The notes beneath the pieces are model-generated. The model saw only the letters and a program-made list of their open reading frames with translations, had not been told where the DNA came from and did no database searches. Source: Desulfomonilia bacterium (GTDB taxonomy: Bacteria > Desulfobacterota > Desulfomonilia > UBA1062). From it: 64,000 bases of DNA. Of this stretch, positions 20,562 to 31,097 are shown piece by piece. The stretch is taken from the NCBI GenBank assembly GCA_050014195.1, contig JBEKDT010000001.1, positions 256,001 to 320,000 of the forward strand. The letters are read 5' to 3'. Made by a program: the position numbers and the translations under genes. The first letter of the stretch is position 1. The number at the start of each line of letters is the position of its first letter.

Positions 20562-21398
20562 ATGAGTGAAGGGGAAAGGCATGTGCTTGGCCTATCAGGG
20601 GGGCGTGATAGCGCCGCATTGGCTGTGTACATGCGACAACACCATCCTGAACTTGACATCGACTTCTTTTTTACTGACACAGGGAAGGAACTACCTGAAG
20701 TTTATGAATTTCTCGGACGCTTGGAAGGTTTTCTGGGAAAACCAATTTTACGATTAAATCCCGACCGAGATTTTGATTTCTGGTTAAAACAGTATAACAA
20801 CTTCCTTCCCTCAGCTCAGACGAGGTGGTGTACCCGTCAGTTGAAGCTTCGCCCTTTTGAAGATTGGTTGCGTCCTCAATTGGATGCAGGGATGAAGATA
20901 TTTAGTTATGTGGCAATTCGAGCAGATGAAAACTACCGAGATGGCTATACTTCAAAAAAAGAAAGATTGACTGTATGCCTACCCTTCAAATCCGCCGGGA
21001 TTGACAAAATCGGTGTTTTAGATATTTTGGATAATGCTGGCCTAGGTCTCCCGAAATACTACGCATGGAGAACTCGCTCCGGGTGCACCTTCTGCTTTTT
21101 TCAACAGAAGATTGAGTGGGTTCGTTTATTAGAACATCACCCCGACAAATTCGATGAGGCAAAGCAATATGAGAAAACAGCAGTGGAACACTGTTCACCA
21201 TTTACATGGAGCCAAGGAGAATCGCTAGAGGCCTTATCAAAACCAGAACGTATCGAAGCCATTAAGAATGATCACGAAATGCGTTTGTCACGTTTAAAGT
21301 GTAATACCAGGCCAAATCCTTTACGGTCAGAAAATGAACCGCTTGATATTGATGACCTTTACGGGCAAGCTAAAGTATGTTTAGCCTGCCATAAGTAA
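20562..21398 (+). CDS. sspD: PAPS reductase family protein (SspD-like)
   Basis: PP-loop LSGGRDS, DTGKE, RWCTRQLK, RSGCTFCFFQ, terminal CLACH. Confidence 0.85.
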   Translation: MSEGERHVLGLSGGRDSAALAVYMRQHHPELDIDFFFTDTGKELPEVYEFLGRLEGFLGKPILRLNPDRDFDFWLKQYNNFLPSAQTRWCTRQLKLRPFEDWLRPQLDAGMKIFSYVAIRADENYRDGYTSKKERLTVCLPFKSAGIDKIGVLDILDNAGLGLPKYYAWRTRSGCTFCFFQQKIEWVRLLEHHPDKFDEAKQYEKTAVEHCSPFTWSQGESLEALSKPERIEAIKNDHEMRLSRLKCNTRPNPLRSENEPLDIDDLYGQAKVCLACHK

Positions 21399-21418
21399 TT
21401 TCCTAGGAGGACAAAAGA

Positions 21419-23056
21419 ATGTCCGGAGCCCCAGGAATCTCGATTCAAAATGTCCTTAGAAGTGCTCCGGAGAAAGCACTTCGAGACTTTGTAGGTGATT
21501 CGACGATCAATGTTTTATCAGCACTTAATCCAGACTTGGTCACAAAAGATAATTTAGTGGAGCTTGCAAATCAATCAGCATCCCCATTTGAAATTATACA
21601 GCGAAAGGCATTGCGTGATCGTCTTATTGGACTTCTTCCAATCAATAAGGCGCAAGAGCTCGCAAAAAAGATGGGTATACCTGCAGAGAGTAAGTTCCTC
21701 TATGACCGTCTTATTATTGAAGCAAACGAAAGGCGAGCAGAGTCTATTCTTCTAAGTTTCTTTGGTGTTGTCATTCCCGATCGGGCACGAGGGGCTGAAG
21801 AGGCAGCCCAAAAGGAAATATTTCCGACATATAGCTTGTTTCCTCACCAAAGAAGTGTTGTAGAGCGCGCTCTTGTTGCGTTACATGAAGATCCATACAA
21901 GACGGTGGTACATATGCCTACAGGGTCGGGTAAGACACGCACTGCGATGCATATAGTGGCTGATGTACTTAATAAGAACCCCAATCGTTTGGTGATATGG
22001 CTGTCACAGAGTGCAGAATTATTGGAGCAAGCTGCAGATGAATTTGAGAAAGCATGGGGAGCTCTTGGCTCGTTTTCCACATCAGTTTACCGTTTCTGGG
22101 GGGATCATGATCCAAACATAGAAGAAGCTCGTAAGGGGTTTCTTGTTGCTGGTCTAGGTAAGCTTCATGCTTTATCAAAGCGTGATGCTAACATGATAAT
22201 GAGGCTTGGTGATCGTGCACCGTTAACGGTTTTTGATGAGGCGCACCAGGCAATTGCCCCAACATTCAAGTCTCTTATTAATTATCTTAAAGATAAGAAG
22301 CCAGGAAACGCTCTATTAGGTTTAACCGCAACACCTGGTAGAACATGGGCAAATATAGCAGCCGATGCTGTTTTGTCTGATTTTTTCGGTAACCATAAGG
22401 TGGTCTTAGAAATTGAAGGTTACACTAATCCCGTCCACTATTTAATTGAAGAAGGGTATCTTGCTCGACCAACATTCAGAACCTTGAATGTTGACCCAGG
22501 CTTTAATATTTCAGAAAAAGATTTAAATGATATGTCCGAGGAATATGACATCCCCACCTCAGTGCTCGATAAACTTGCCATGAATGATCAGCGGAACATC
22601 CGAATTATCACAACAGTTGAGGATTTATGCCAGAGGCATAATAGAATAATAGTTTTTGCTGCAACAGTTGGACATGCTCACTTGATCTCATCCATACTGA
22701 CTTTACGTGGAACTCACTCATTTGTAATAACCGGTTATACAGATCGTACAACCCGTGAGAGTATCATTGCTAAGTTCAAAAGCAATACCTCTGAACCGTT
22801 GGTTCTTTGTAATTTTGGCGTACTTACAACAGGTTTTGATGCTCCAAAGACAAGTGCTTTAATTATTGCCCGCCCTACCAGGTCTCTGGTATTATATAGT
22901 CAAATGGTTGGCCGTGCCATTCGTGGCGAACGTGCGGGGGGCAACAAATCCGCAGAAATCGTTACAGTCGTAGACCCACAGTTGCCCGGATTTGGTGATA
23001 TTGCAGATGCATTCACAAATTGGGAGGATGTTTGGGGCGATGACAAATGCATGTGA
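21419..23056 (+). CDS. SF2 DEAH helicase (ResIII/IRC3-like)
   Basis: HMPTGSGKT, VFDEAH, GLTATP, VLTTGFDAP, QMVGRAIR; RBS AGGAGG. Confidence 0.9.
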   Translation: MSGAPGISIQNVLRSAPEKALRDFVGDSTINVLSALNPDLVTKDNLVELANQSASPFEIIQRKALRDRLIGLLPINKAQELAKKMGIPAESKFLYDRLIIEANERRAESILLSFFGVVIPDRARGAEEAAQKEIFPTYSLFPHQRSVVERALVALHEDPYKTVVHMPTGSGKTRTAMHIVADVLNKNPNRLVIWLSQSAELLEQAADEFEKAWGALGSFSTSVYRFWGDHDPNIEEARKGFLVAGLGKLHALSKRDANMIMRLGDRAPLTVFDEAHQAIAPTFKSLINYLKDKKPGNALLGLTATPGRTWANIAADAVLSDFFGNHKVVLEIEGYTNPVHYLIEEGYLARPTFRTLNVDPGFNISEKDLNDMSEEYDIPTSVLDKLAMNDQRNIRIITTVEDLCQRHNRIIVFAATVGHAHLISSILTLRGTHSFVITGYTDRTTRESIIAKFKSNTSEPLVLCNFGVLTTGFDAPKTSALIIARPTRSLVLYSQMVGRAIRGERAGGNKSAEIVTVVDPQLPGFGDIADAFTNWEDVWGDDKCM

Positions 23057-24863
23057 TGATGTTCAAAATGGAAGTGTAATTATCCCTACCAATCTTGCTA
23101 TCCGCGCAATGCGTGATAGTGGTTATCGTAATACTGCTCATGCTTTAGCAGAGTTAATAGATAACTCTGTACAAGCGACAGCAACAACAGTCGAAGTCTT
23201 CTGTATAGAGGAGATGGTCAGTGTAAACGGAAAACAGCGACGTCGGGTCACCAAGATCGCTGTTCTAGATAATGGTACGGGCATGCCACCAGAAGTACTA
23301 CGAATGGCTCTTCAATTTGGTAATGGCACTCACCTAAATGATCGATCTGGAATTGGACGTTTCGGGATAGGACTCCCGAATGCCTCCATCTCTCAAGGAA
23401 AACGAGTTGACATCTGGACATGGCAAAGCGGTCCAGACAATGCAATTTATAGCTATCTGGATGTTGATGAGATTGAAAAAGGGCAGATTCAGTTTGTTCC
23501 CGAACCGGAACATGATCCTATACCATCTGAATGGCGTAATCGAGGTAGAAGCTTTGGAACGACAGGATCTCTCGTCGTTTGGAGTAATTTCGATGATCAA
23601 CGACTAACATGGAAGAGTGCTCGGGCAACTCTTGAGAACACTGAGTGGATCGTTGGTAGGATATATCGCAAGTATATACATAAAGGTGATCTACGGATTC
23701 AGTTACGTGCTTTTGATGGAATGAATATTCTTTTCGAAAGGGATACATGCGTAAATGATCCACTATATCAAATGGCCCCATCCTCAACGCCGGCACCATT
23801 CAATAACAAACCGATGTTCGAGCAATGGGGTGAAGATGATCAAGTCTTCGATATAAATTTCAAAGGAACGAATCACAAAGTCATAGTCCGAGCTTCTTGG
23901 GCAAATCGAGAAACACTACCCGAGGACGGAACAGATCGTGGTTCTAAAGACTATGGTAAGCATGCAGGGAAGAATATTGGTGTCTCAATTGTAAGGGCTG
24001 ATCGAGAACTTGTTTTGGATCCTTCCTGGGCTATTGGATATGACCCCGTTGAGCGGTGGTGGGGTATTGAAGTTAACTTTCCTCCTGAACTTGATGAGAT
24101 CTTTGGCGTCACAAACAACAAGCAGGCAGCAACAATTTTTTCCCACATGGTCAACTTCGATTGGAAAACCGAAGCGGATCCGGGAGAGGAGTACCTTGAC
24201 TTCAAACGCCGGATCTCTGAAGAAGGTGATCATCGTGCAGATCTACTAGATATCGTTAATTACATCCGGACAATTCTCTCACGCATCCGAAGTGCATTAA
24301 GTGACCAAACTAAGGGAAGACGATCAGGGGCGAAGCGTCATGATGATACTTCTGTAGAAGACCGCGCCTCGACAAAGTTCAAGGAAAGAGCACGTTCTGG
24401 CCATGAAGCAGAATCCGACAGTGGTGTTTTTGACAAAGATGCTCAAAACGCCCTTCTGGAAGATTTGGTAACAGAAAAGAACTATGAAGAAGACACAGCA
24501 AAACAGATGGTTGAAGCAACCCTACGTCGAGGTCGAAATGTAATTTTCATAGAGTCCGCAAGCGAGATGGACGCCTTTTTTTCTGTGGAGCAAAAACCCG
24601 GCGGCATCACCCAAGTTATCTTTAATAGCTCACACCCAGCTTATGATTATCTCATCAAAACACTTGAATCAGATACTACAGAGGCAACAGATAAAGAATT
24701 AATAGGTCGTATTCAAAATGCTTCTGATACAATCTGGATGCTCTTCGCGGCATGGGCGCGACAAGAGATCGAGGACATGCCTGGGCGTGAAAAGCTACGT
24801 CGGATGCGACATGACTGGGGGCGGATGGCTCGGGATTTCCTCTCCGATGATACAGAGGACTAA
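23040..24863 (+). CDS. GHKL ATPase, MORC-like (HATPase_c_3)
   Basis: AMRDSGY...ALAELIDNS, DNGTGM, GRFGIG, TGSLVVW; later GVTNNKQ and helical tail; start placed at ATG 23040 overlapping the helicase. Confidence 0.85.
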   Translation: MTNACDDVQNGSVIIPTNLAIRAMRDSGYRNTAHALAELIDNSVQATATTVEVFCIEEMVSVNGKQRRRVTKIAVLDNGTGMPPEVLRMALQFGNGTHLNDRSGIGRFGIGLPNASISQGKRVDIWTWQSGPDNAIYSYLDVDEIEKGQIQFVPEPEHDPIPSEWRNRGRSFGTTGSLVVWSNFDDQRLTWKSARATLENTEWIVGRIYRKYIHKGDLRIQLRAFDGMNILFERDTCVNDPLYQMAPSSTPAPFNNKPMFEQWGEDDQVFDINFKGTNHKVIVRASWANRETLPEDGTDRGSKDYGKHAGKNIGVSIVRADRELVLDPSWAIGYDPVERWWGIEVNFPPELDEIFGVTNNKQAATIFSHMVNFDWKTEADPGEEYLDFKRRISEEGDHRADLLDIVNYIRTILSRIRSALSDQTKGRRSGAKRHDDTSVEDRASTKFKERARSGHEAESDSGVFDKDAQNALLEDLVTEKNYEEDTAKQMVEATLRRGRNVIFIESASEMDAFFSVEQKPGGITQVIFNSSHPAYDYLIKTLESDTTEATDKELIGRIQNASDTIWMLFAAWARQEIEDMPGREKLRRMRHDWGRMARDFLSDDTED

Positions 24864-24868
24864 TATCT

Positions 24869-25792
24869 GTGCTCGGTGAAAAGCTTCTTATAGCTGCTCG
24901 TGATGCGCAGCACGATATTACACTCATTGCCCCTTTTATAAAGGTTGATGCGTTGACGAAGGTTCTTGATAATGTTAATGCATCCATACCTCTCCGAATT
25001 ATTACAAGATGGATTCCAGCCGAAATCGCCGCAGGCATCTGTGACCTGGAAATTTTCGATATACTACAAGGAAGATCAAATTCTGAATTATTTGTTCATC
25101 CTTTTCTACACGCGAAGCTCTTCCGTTTTGATGATGTGGCCTTCTTTGGTTCAGCTAACCTAACTCGTAAAGCTCTTGGTTGGGCTGCACCTGCAAATGT
25201 CGAATTACTGCATGCCCCAAAAGATATGCTCAACGAGCTCAAAACCTTTGAAGTTGAGCTCATGGCATCTGTAATCCGAGTAGATGAGGTATATCGTGAC
25301 TTTATGTGCAAGCTAGTGGAGAAAGCAAAATCACAACCAATTGCAATAGCAGAGTTATTTGATGCAGAAACACACCAAGTGGAGTATTCTTGGCTGCCGA
25401 AATGTCGTACACCTGAATGGTTGTGGTTAGTGTACACTAACCCAGAAAAAGCAAGAACTCACATGGTTGAGTCGGCTTTTGAGGCTGCACAAATGGATTT
25501 GGTTACGCTTTACATCACACCAGGACTCCCCGAAACGTTATTCAATCAGCATGTGGCTGCTATTTTTGGAAGGATGCCATTGGTACAAGAGATCGATATC
25601 AGCGCCCGCGAAGGTGTAACAACAGATAAAGCAGTAGAGCTAATTGAAAGTGCAGCTAGTGGAGCTGAGTTACCCTATTCACCTTCTGATACTTGGGAAG
25701 TTTTAATGATGTGGCTTATGCATTTCTTCCCGCAACGTTATCGTAGAGAGCCAGAGACAGAGGTGTTTAGGCAAGGGCGTGTAATTGGTTGA
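24869..25792 (+). CDS. PLD-superfamily nuclease (single HxK motif, NgoFVII/BfiI-like N-terminus)
   Basis: IAPFIK, LHAKLFRFDDVAFFGSANLT...NVE; 5 bp after the MORC stop. Confidence 0.82.
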   Translation: MLGEKLLIAARDAQHDITLIAPFIKVDALTKVLDNVNASIPLRIITRWIPAEIAAGICDLEIFDILQGRSNSELFVHPFLHAKLFRFDDVAFFGSANLTRKALGWAAPANVELLHAPKDMLNELKTFEVELMASVIRVDEVYRDFMCKLVEKAKSQPIAIAELFDAETHQVEYSWLPKCRTPEWLWLVYTNPEKARTHMVESAFEAAQMDLVTLYITPGLPETLFNQHVAAIFGRMPLVQEIDISAREGVTTDKAVELIESAASGAELPYSPSDTWEVLMMWLMHFFPQRYRREPETEVFRQGRVIG

Positions 25793-26013
25793 TCTATGCA
25801 CTCAATAATATTGTAACCTTCATTTATCACAGGAACTTTCTTTCCTTATATAACAAATCTATATTCAATCCCATACTCCATAGTGGCACATTCTATGTGC
25901 AATTGCCTAGGCACTCCAGATTTACATACTCCTTGTTATCGGCTATTTCATACCCATAAATTTTCCCTGTGTAGGTCCATTATCTACAGAAGCAGACCCA
26001 TTGTTAATATATA

Positions 26014-27292
26014 GGGTACCTCTAAAAATTCATTAGGATCAGAGTAGATATAAAGTGCTATAATACATTGAATATGTTATATAAATAGTGGTTTTTGATA
26101 GATTTTGAGGGGGTTAAGATGAAGCAGCTTGGGTTGTTTGATATTGAGAATAGATATGACCGGATAGATAAATGCGGAGACCCGCTTATGAAGTTGAACG
26201 AGGTGATAGACTGGGAAGAGTTTCGCCCGGGGCTCATGAAGGTGAGGGAGAAAGAACGGAAGAGCAATGCTGGAGCGAAGCCGTACGATGTAGTGCTGAT
26301 GTTCAAGAGCTTGATCATCCAGTCTCTGTACAATCTTTCTGATGAAGAGCTGGAGTATCAGATGTTGGATCGGTGGACATTCATGAGGTTTTTGGGAGTT
26401 GGACCTGGGGATCGGATACCTGATGCGAAGACGATCTGGCTTTTCCGGGAGCAGTTGAAGGAGGCTGGGCTTGTAGAGGAGCTGTTTAAGATGTTTGATA
26501 GGCATCTTCAGGTGAGTGGATATGTAGCCCGGAAGGGGCAGATTGTGGATGCCAGCATAGTGTCGGTACCGAAGCAGAGGAACACCAGGGAGGAGAATGC
26601 ATTGATCAAGGAGGGCTCTGAGCCAGAGGACTGGAATGAAGCGAAGCGTCGGCAGAAGGACACAGACGCAAGGTGGTTGAAGAAGAACGGCAAGAACTAT
26701 TATGGGTATAAGAACCATGTCAATGTGGATGTGAAGCACAAGCTGATACGGGGCTATGCGGTTACGGATGCAAGCGTGCATGACTCTCAGGTTTTTGGAG
26801 ATCTTCTCCATGAAGGGAACCGGAGTAAGGATGTGTATGGTGATAGTGCCTATCGATCTGAGGAAATCCTGGAGATGCTGAAGGGGCAAGGATATCGTGA
26901 GCATCTACAGCGCAAGGGATACCGTCATCGTAAGTTAACAGACTGGGAGAAACAAGGGAATCACACCAGGTCAAAGATACGATCCCGCATAGAGCATGTA
27001 TTTGGAGTGCAAGCCATGATGGCTGGAGATCTGATATTACGGACAATAGGGATTGCACGTGCACGGGTAAAAATAGGGTTGAGGAACTTGGCCTACAACA
27101 TGTTTCGTTTCCATACGCTTGCTGCTGTCAGGTGAAGTGCGTCCAAATGGTTGGAATCATGTTACAGAGGGATCAGAAATCGCAGATTACCCCCATAAAG
27201 AATCGCTTCAGTGGCTATGATTCACAGGTAATGCATGGACAAATCAATTCCATTATAATGATTTTCAGAAAAGTGAATTATTAGAGGTGGCC
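26014..27292 (+). mobile_element. IS5-family insertion sequence (1279 bp)
   Basis: Terminal IRs GGGTACCTCTAAAAATTCA / TGAATTATTAGAGGTGGCC (16/19 match); TATA target duplication at 26010-26013 and 27293-27296. Confidence 0.9.
26119..27135 (+). CDS. IS5-family DDE transposase
   Basis: YNLSDEELE, PDAKTIWLFRE, IVDAS, DTDARW, YYGYKNH, DASVHD, GDSAY, RSRIEHVFG; RBS GAGGGG before ATG 26119. Confidence 0.93.
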   Translation: MKQLGLFDIENRYDRIDKCGDPLMKLNEVIDWEEFRPGLMKVREKERKSNAGAKPYDVVLMFKSLIIQSLYNLSDEELEYQMLDRWTFMRFLGVGPGDRIPDAKTIWLFREQLKEAGLVEELFKMFDRHLQVSGYVARKGQIVDASIVSVPKQRNTREENALIKEGSEPEDWNEAKRRQKDTDARWLKKNGKNYYGYKNHVNVDVKHKLIRGYAVTDASVHDSQVFGDLLHEGNRSKDVYGDSAYRSEEILEMLKGQGYREHLQRKGYRHRKLTDWEKQGNHTRSKIRSRIEHVFGVQAMMAGDLILRTIGIARARVKIGLRNLAYNMFRFHTLAAVR

Positions 27293-27415
27293 TATATTCA
27301 TTGCCGTTTGGTACAACAGAGAGTCGCTTTTCCTGTGAATCGAGGTATAAAGAGAATGTGTCCCTGATTTCGTTTCCCTCAGCCCTCAGCAGTTCCTTGT
27401 TTCGTGATAGTCAAC

Positions 27416-30400
27416 TCAAATCCTTTGGCATCCGGGTCCGATCAGGCTGCTACGCCCCCCTGTTTCGGGGATTACCTGTATCTGAGTGCTGATCCGCTCC
27501 TTCAGAGCCGTGACATGTGATATGACGCCGATCAGCTTTCCGTCCTGGCGTAGGCCGGCAAGGGTCTCTAGGGCCATTTCAAGTGCATCTTCATCAAGTG
27601 TCCCGAATCCTTCGTCGAGGAAGAGCGAATCCACACGAACCTTGTGGCTTGCCATCTGGGAAAGGCCCAATGCCAGAGCAAGGCTTACAATGAAACTTTC
27701 ACCGCCTGAGAGGTTCTTAGTCGAACGGATTTCTCCTGCCTGATAGTTGTCGATAACATTCAACTCGAGCGGTTGTGACACGTCACGTATGAGAACATAG
27801 CGATCCGTCATCTTCCTGAGCTGACGATTGGCATGCATGGTCATCATCTCAAACGTCAGGCCTTGGGCAAAATTTCTGAATTTCTTACCGTCGGCCGAGC
27901 CGATAAGTTCATGTAAGGCATCCCAACGGGTACATTCAGTTTTCTGGGCGTCAATGTTTTTGATTTTTTCCTGCTGCTTTACCCGTAGTTTTTCATTCTC
28001 GCTCAAGCTATTTATGATGCCGCCGATTTCTAGCCTTGTTTGTTTCAAGCTCGATTCGCATGAATTGATGCTTTCCTTAAGCGTCTCCAGGGGCTGATCT
28101 GTCAAATGTTTCTCTCGCTCCGCCGCCAGGGCTGCCGACTTGTCCTTCCGCCGGGCGTCAAGTTCCGTCTTCTCCCTGATCATGGCCTTCTCTTGTTCAG
28201 CGAGCCGTTCCCTCTCTTCTTCATTCATACAGGCAGACAGATAGTCGATCTCGTCTTCGAACCCAGTCCTCTTGATCCGCGCCATCAGATTTTGTTCCGC
28301 CTGTAGCAATTCGGTTGCTCGAAGGCCTGTTTTTTTTATCAGAGAATCTATCTTCTCCTTAAGGGCACTGATTTCTTTTTCTATCTGCACATGTTCTTCA
28401 CGTGCTTTTTCAAAGGCTTTATTGGCTTGATCCACTACATCCGCCAGGAGTTTTTCCTCTTGGTCGGCGTTCTTCTCCCCAAACAGATCACGGCGGGAAG
28501 CGCCCAAGGACTCATACTGTGCAATCAGATTATCGCGGTCCTTGCGCCTGTCCTCCGTATCATTTTCTAGTTTTCCCAGCAAGGCCTTGTCCTTATCAAT
28601 TCCAGCTTTTACGTCATTGATCTTTTTCTCAAGACCGTTTTTCTCTTCCTGCTTCGTCTGCCATGCATCTTTGCGCTCCGCAAGGTCTTTTAGGATGGAT
28701 TCAAGATCGGTTGAGGGGATCTCCCTGATCCCAAAAGGCTCGACATCCTTAAGCATAGTGATGCGAACTCTCTCCGTCTCTTCTTCTATGACTTCTATGT
28801 CTTTCTTCAGCCGCTCATGCTCACGACCGGCCGTATCGAGTCTATGCTTGGCGTCTTGTAGAGCCTTGACTGAGTTATCCAATTGCGTTCTTAATGCTTC
28901 CAGTACGTTTTGAGCTTGCTTATGCTTTTGGCCCATCTCTTCGGCTGCGGCTACAATTCCCGATATTTCAGCAATTCTTGCTTGAACATCTGCAATCTCA
29001 TCGTGTACTTTCCCGGCTCGATCTTCAGGGCTGGCCTTGATATTCAGTTTCAGCATGTTTTCGTCACATTGTTTTTCATCAGCATCCAGAGCTGACTTTT
29101 TCTCCTCCTGCTCTTTTTCAGCATGCCGTATATCCGCAATCGTCTTAGCTTGTCCGGTTTCCAGCTTGCTCAGCTTCTCAGAGACTCGTTTGAGTTCAGC
29201 CTTGGCTCTCTTTAAATCTTTTTCCGTTTTGTTCAATTCAGGGACATTACCCTTTGCATAGGGATGATCGATAGCACCGCACAGTGGGCATGGTTTACCG
29301 TCTTCAAGTCGCGCCCTCTCTTCTTCAAGGTCCCTGATACGACTGAGGAGAACGACTTGTGTCTCCAAATTTCCAATATTCCCTTCCAAAAGAATCTTTT
29401 TCTCGGCATGGGATTTTATCTCATCCGATACTTTCTCTTGATCAGTCGTTAATGTTTCAAGGCTTTTTTTCAGACTATCCAAGACCGAGCAAGTCTTGTC
29501 GATCCGATCAATGATTTCTCCTGTCTGTTTCAGAATACCCTCACGTTCTTTATGGGCATTATTTTCCTGATGCCACTGGCTGATCTCTCGTCCCTTGAGA
29601 GTGGCTGTGATCTTGTCGGTCAGAATCTTAAGGTCGTTTTGAGCCTTTTCAAATTCCTTGAGGGATTTTTCATGGTTGACCTCTATCGTCTTACACGCTG
29701 CAAGAGAAGACTTGTTTTCCTTGTCAGCGGCAGTAAGTGCTTTATGAGCTTTGATATTCCTTTCATCGAGGTCAAGTAGTGAAGTGAATACCTTGGAGAT
29801 TGCAGCAAGGTTTGTCTGAAGTGCGGCATCGGCAGCATTCTGTGTCAGGTAACCTAGGTTCGCTTTTAGCGCATCCTCCAATTTTTGCAGGTTCTGCAAG
29901 GCTTCATTGATTCTTATTTTATAATCCTCACTCTGCGTCGAAGCATCCGATATAGACTTCTCCTTGTCTTCAATATTCTTTTTCTGCTCGTTCATTCTGG
30001 CATCGAGGACGCGCACCTTTTTGATGACATCCGCTTCGGAACTCTGCTTTTTCCCTGCCTCATTCAGCCCTGTCTCTGCGGCCGTTTTTCTGTTCAACGC
30101 CTCTTCACAGGTTTTTCCCTTTACCGGCAGTGCGTTAAGTGCACCATCGAGTTCCTTTTTCTCGATGTCCTGCTGAGCACGCAAAGCAGCCACTACCCGG
30201 TAGTCTCCTTCGAGAGCGAGCGCCCTGCGCGATTTCTCAAGCTTCTTCCCATACGGCTCAAACGCCTGGAAGCGTTTCTCAAAATCCTCCTTCTGTTTAT
30301 CAAGTTCGCTGATTCCCTTTTCCAGGGTAGCAATGGTTTCAAGCCATGCGGTAGCCTTGCGAAGGCTTTCGAGCTGAACACCCAGTTCCATTTCAGAAGA

Positions 30401-31087
30401 CTGCTTTTCTTTAAGATTCGTTTGCAGAACCCTTTCCTCATCCGTGCTTAATAACTGGATGCCTTTCAATTCAGCCAGTAACAACTCAAGCTTGTCCCGC
30501 TCTTCTCCCCGGCGCTCATGGACCTTCATGGATATCAGGCTGTAGATTTCGGTTCCGGTAATCTGTTCAAGGATTGGTGCTCTCCCATCAGGAGGGGCCT
30601 GGAGAAACGCGGCGAATCCACCCTGTGCTAGCAGCATGGAACGGGTGAAGCGCTCAAAGTCCATGCCGGTTGCTTCTTCAATGAATCCGGCCACCTGGAG
30701 TATCCTTGATTCCAAGACCGTCCCGGATACGGCGTCTGCCACTTCATGCCTTGCCGGCTGCAGCTCCCCTTCAGGTTTTCTTCTGGCCCGATGCTGGCTC
30801 CAGTGGCAACGGTAGCGGCCTTTCTGCGTCTCAAAGGTGACCTCGGCAAAGCATTCTCCTGTCTGGCGCGACATGATCTCGTTGCTGCTTTTTGTAACCT
30901 TATCGAGGCGTGGTGTGCTGCCATAAAGCCCGAGGCATATGGCATCAAGGATGGTTGTCTTTCCTGAGCCCGTGGGGCCGGTGATGGCAAATATGCCGTC
31001 GGATGAATACTCCGGGTGGGTAAAATCGATATACCATCCCCCGGTGAGTGAATTCAGGTTCTTGAATCGAACACCGAGTATCCTCAT
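27416..31087 (-). CDS. sbcC: Exonuclease SbcCD subunit C (Rad50-like ATPase)
   Basis: NLNSL, GPTGSGKT, LAQGGFAAFL, zinc hook CPLCG, LSGGESF, LDEGFGTLD, VISH; start ATG 31087 with RBS AGGAG. Confidence 0.93.
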   Translation of the reverse strand: MRILGVRFKNLNSLTGGWYIDFTHPEYSSDGIFAITGPTGSGKTTILDAICLGLYGSTPRLDKVTKSSNEIMSRQTGECFAEVTFETQKGRYRCHWSQHRARRKPEGELQPARHEVADAVSGTVLESRILQVAGFIEEATGMDFERFTRSMLLAQGGFAAFLQAPPDGRAPILEQITGTEIYSLISMKVHERRGEERDKLELLLAELKGIQLLSTDEERVLQTNLKEKQSSEMELGVQLESLRKATAWLETIATLEKGISELDKQKEDFEKRFQAFEPYGKKLEKSRRALALEGDYRVVAALRAQQDIEKKELDGALNALPVKGKTCEEALNRKTAAETGLNEAGKKQSSEADVIKKVRVLDARMNEQKKNIEDKEKSISDASTQSEDYKIRINEALQNLQKLEDALKANLGYLTQNAADAALQTNLAAISKVFTSLLDLDERNIKAHKALTAADKENKSSLAACKTIEVNHEKSLKEFEKAQNDLKILTDKITATLKGREISQWHQENNAHKEREGILKQTGEIIDRIDKTCSVLDSLKKSLETLTTDQEKVSDEIKSHAEKKILLEGNIGNLETQVVLLSRIRDLEEERARLEDGKPCPLCGAIDHPYAKGNVPELNKTEKDLKRAKAELKRVSEKLSKLETGQAKTIADIRHAEKEQEEKKSALDADEKQCDENMLKLNIKASPEDRAGKVHDEIADVQARIAEISGIVAAAEEMGQKHKQAQNVLEALRTQLDNSVKALQDAKHRLDTAGREHERLKKDIEVIEEETERVRITMLKDVEPFGIREIPSTDLESILKDLAERKDAWQTKQEEKNGLEKKINDVKAGIDKDKALLGKLENDTEDRRKDRDNLIAQYESLGASRRDLFGEKNADQEEKLLADVVDQANKAFEKAREEHVQIEKEISALKEKIDSLIKKTGLRATELLQAEQNLMARIKRTGFEDEIDYLSACMNEEERERLAEQEKAMIREKTELDARRKDKSAALAAEREKHLTDQPLETLKESINSCESSLKQTRLEIGGIINSLSENEKLRVKQQEKIKNIDAQKTECTRWDALHELIGSADGKKFRNFAQGLTFEMMTMHANRQLRKMTDRYVLIRDVSQPLELNVIDNYQAGEIRSTKNLSGGESFIVSLALALGLSQMASHKVRVDSLFLDEGFGTLDEDALEMALETLAGLRQDGKLIGVISHVTALKERISTQIQVIPETGGRSSLIGPGCQRI

Positions 31088-31097
31088 GCCTGTTCTC

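Noticed and set aside
14881-25792. Interpretation as BREX type 4, Dnd or Mza
   Set aside because: No PglZ or BrxL, no DndB/D/E, and no Z1, AIPR or methyltransferase genes are recognisable.
26077-26904. 275-aa minus-strand ORF
   Set aside because: Antisense shadow of the IS5 transposase with no recognisable motifs.
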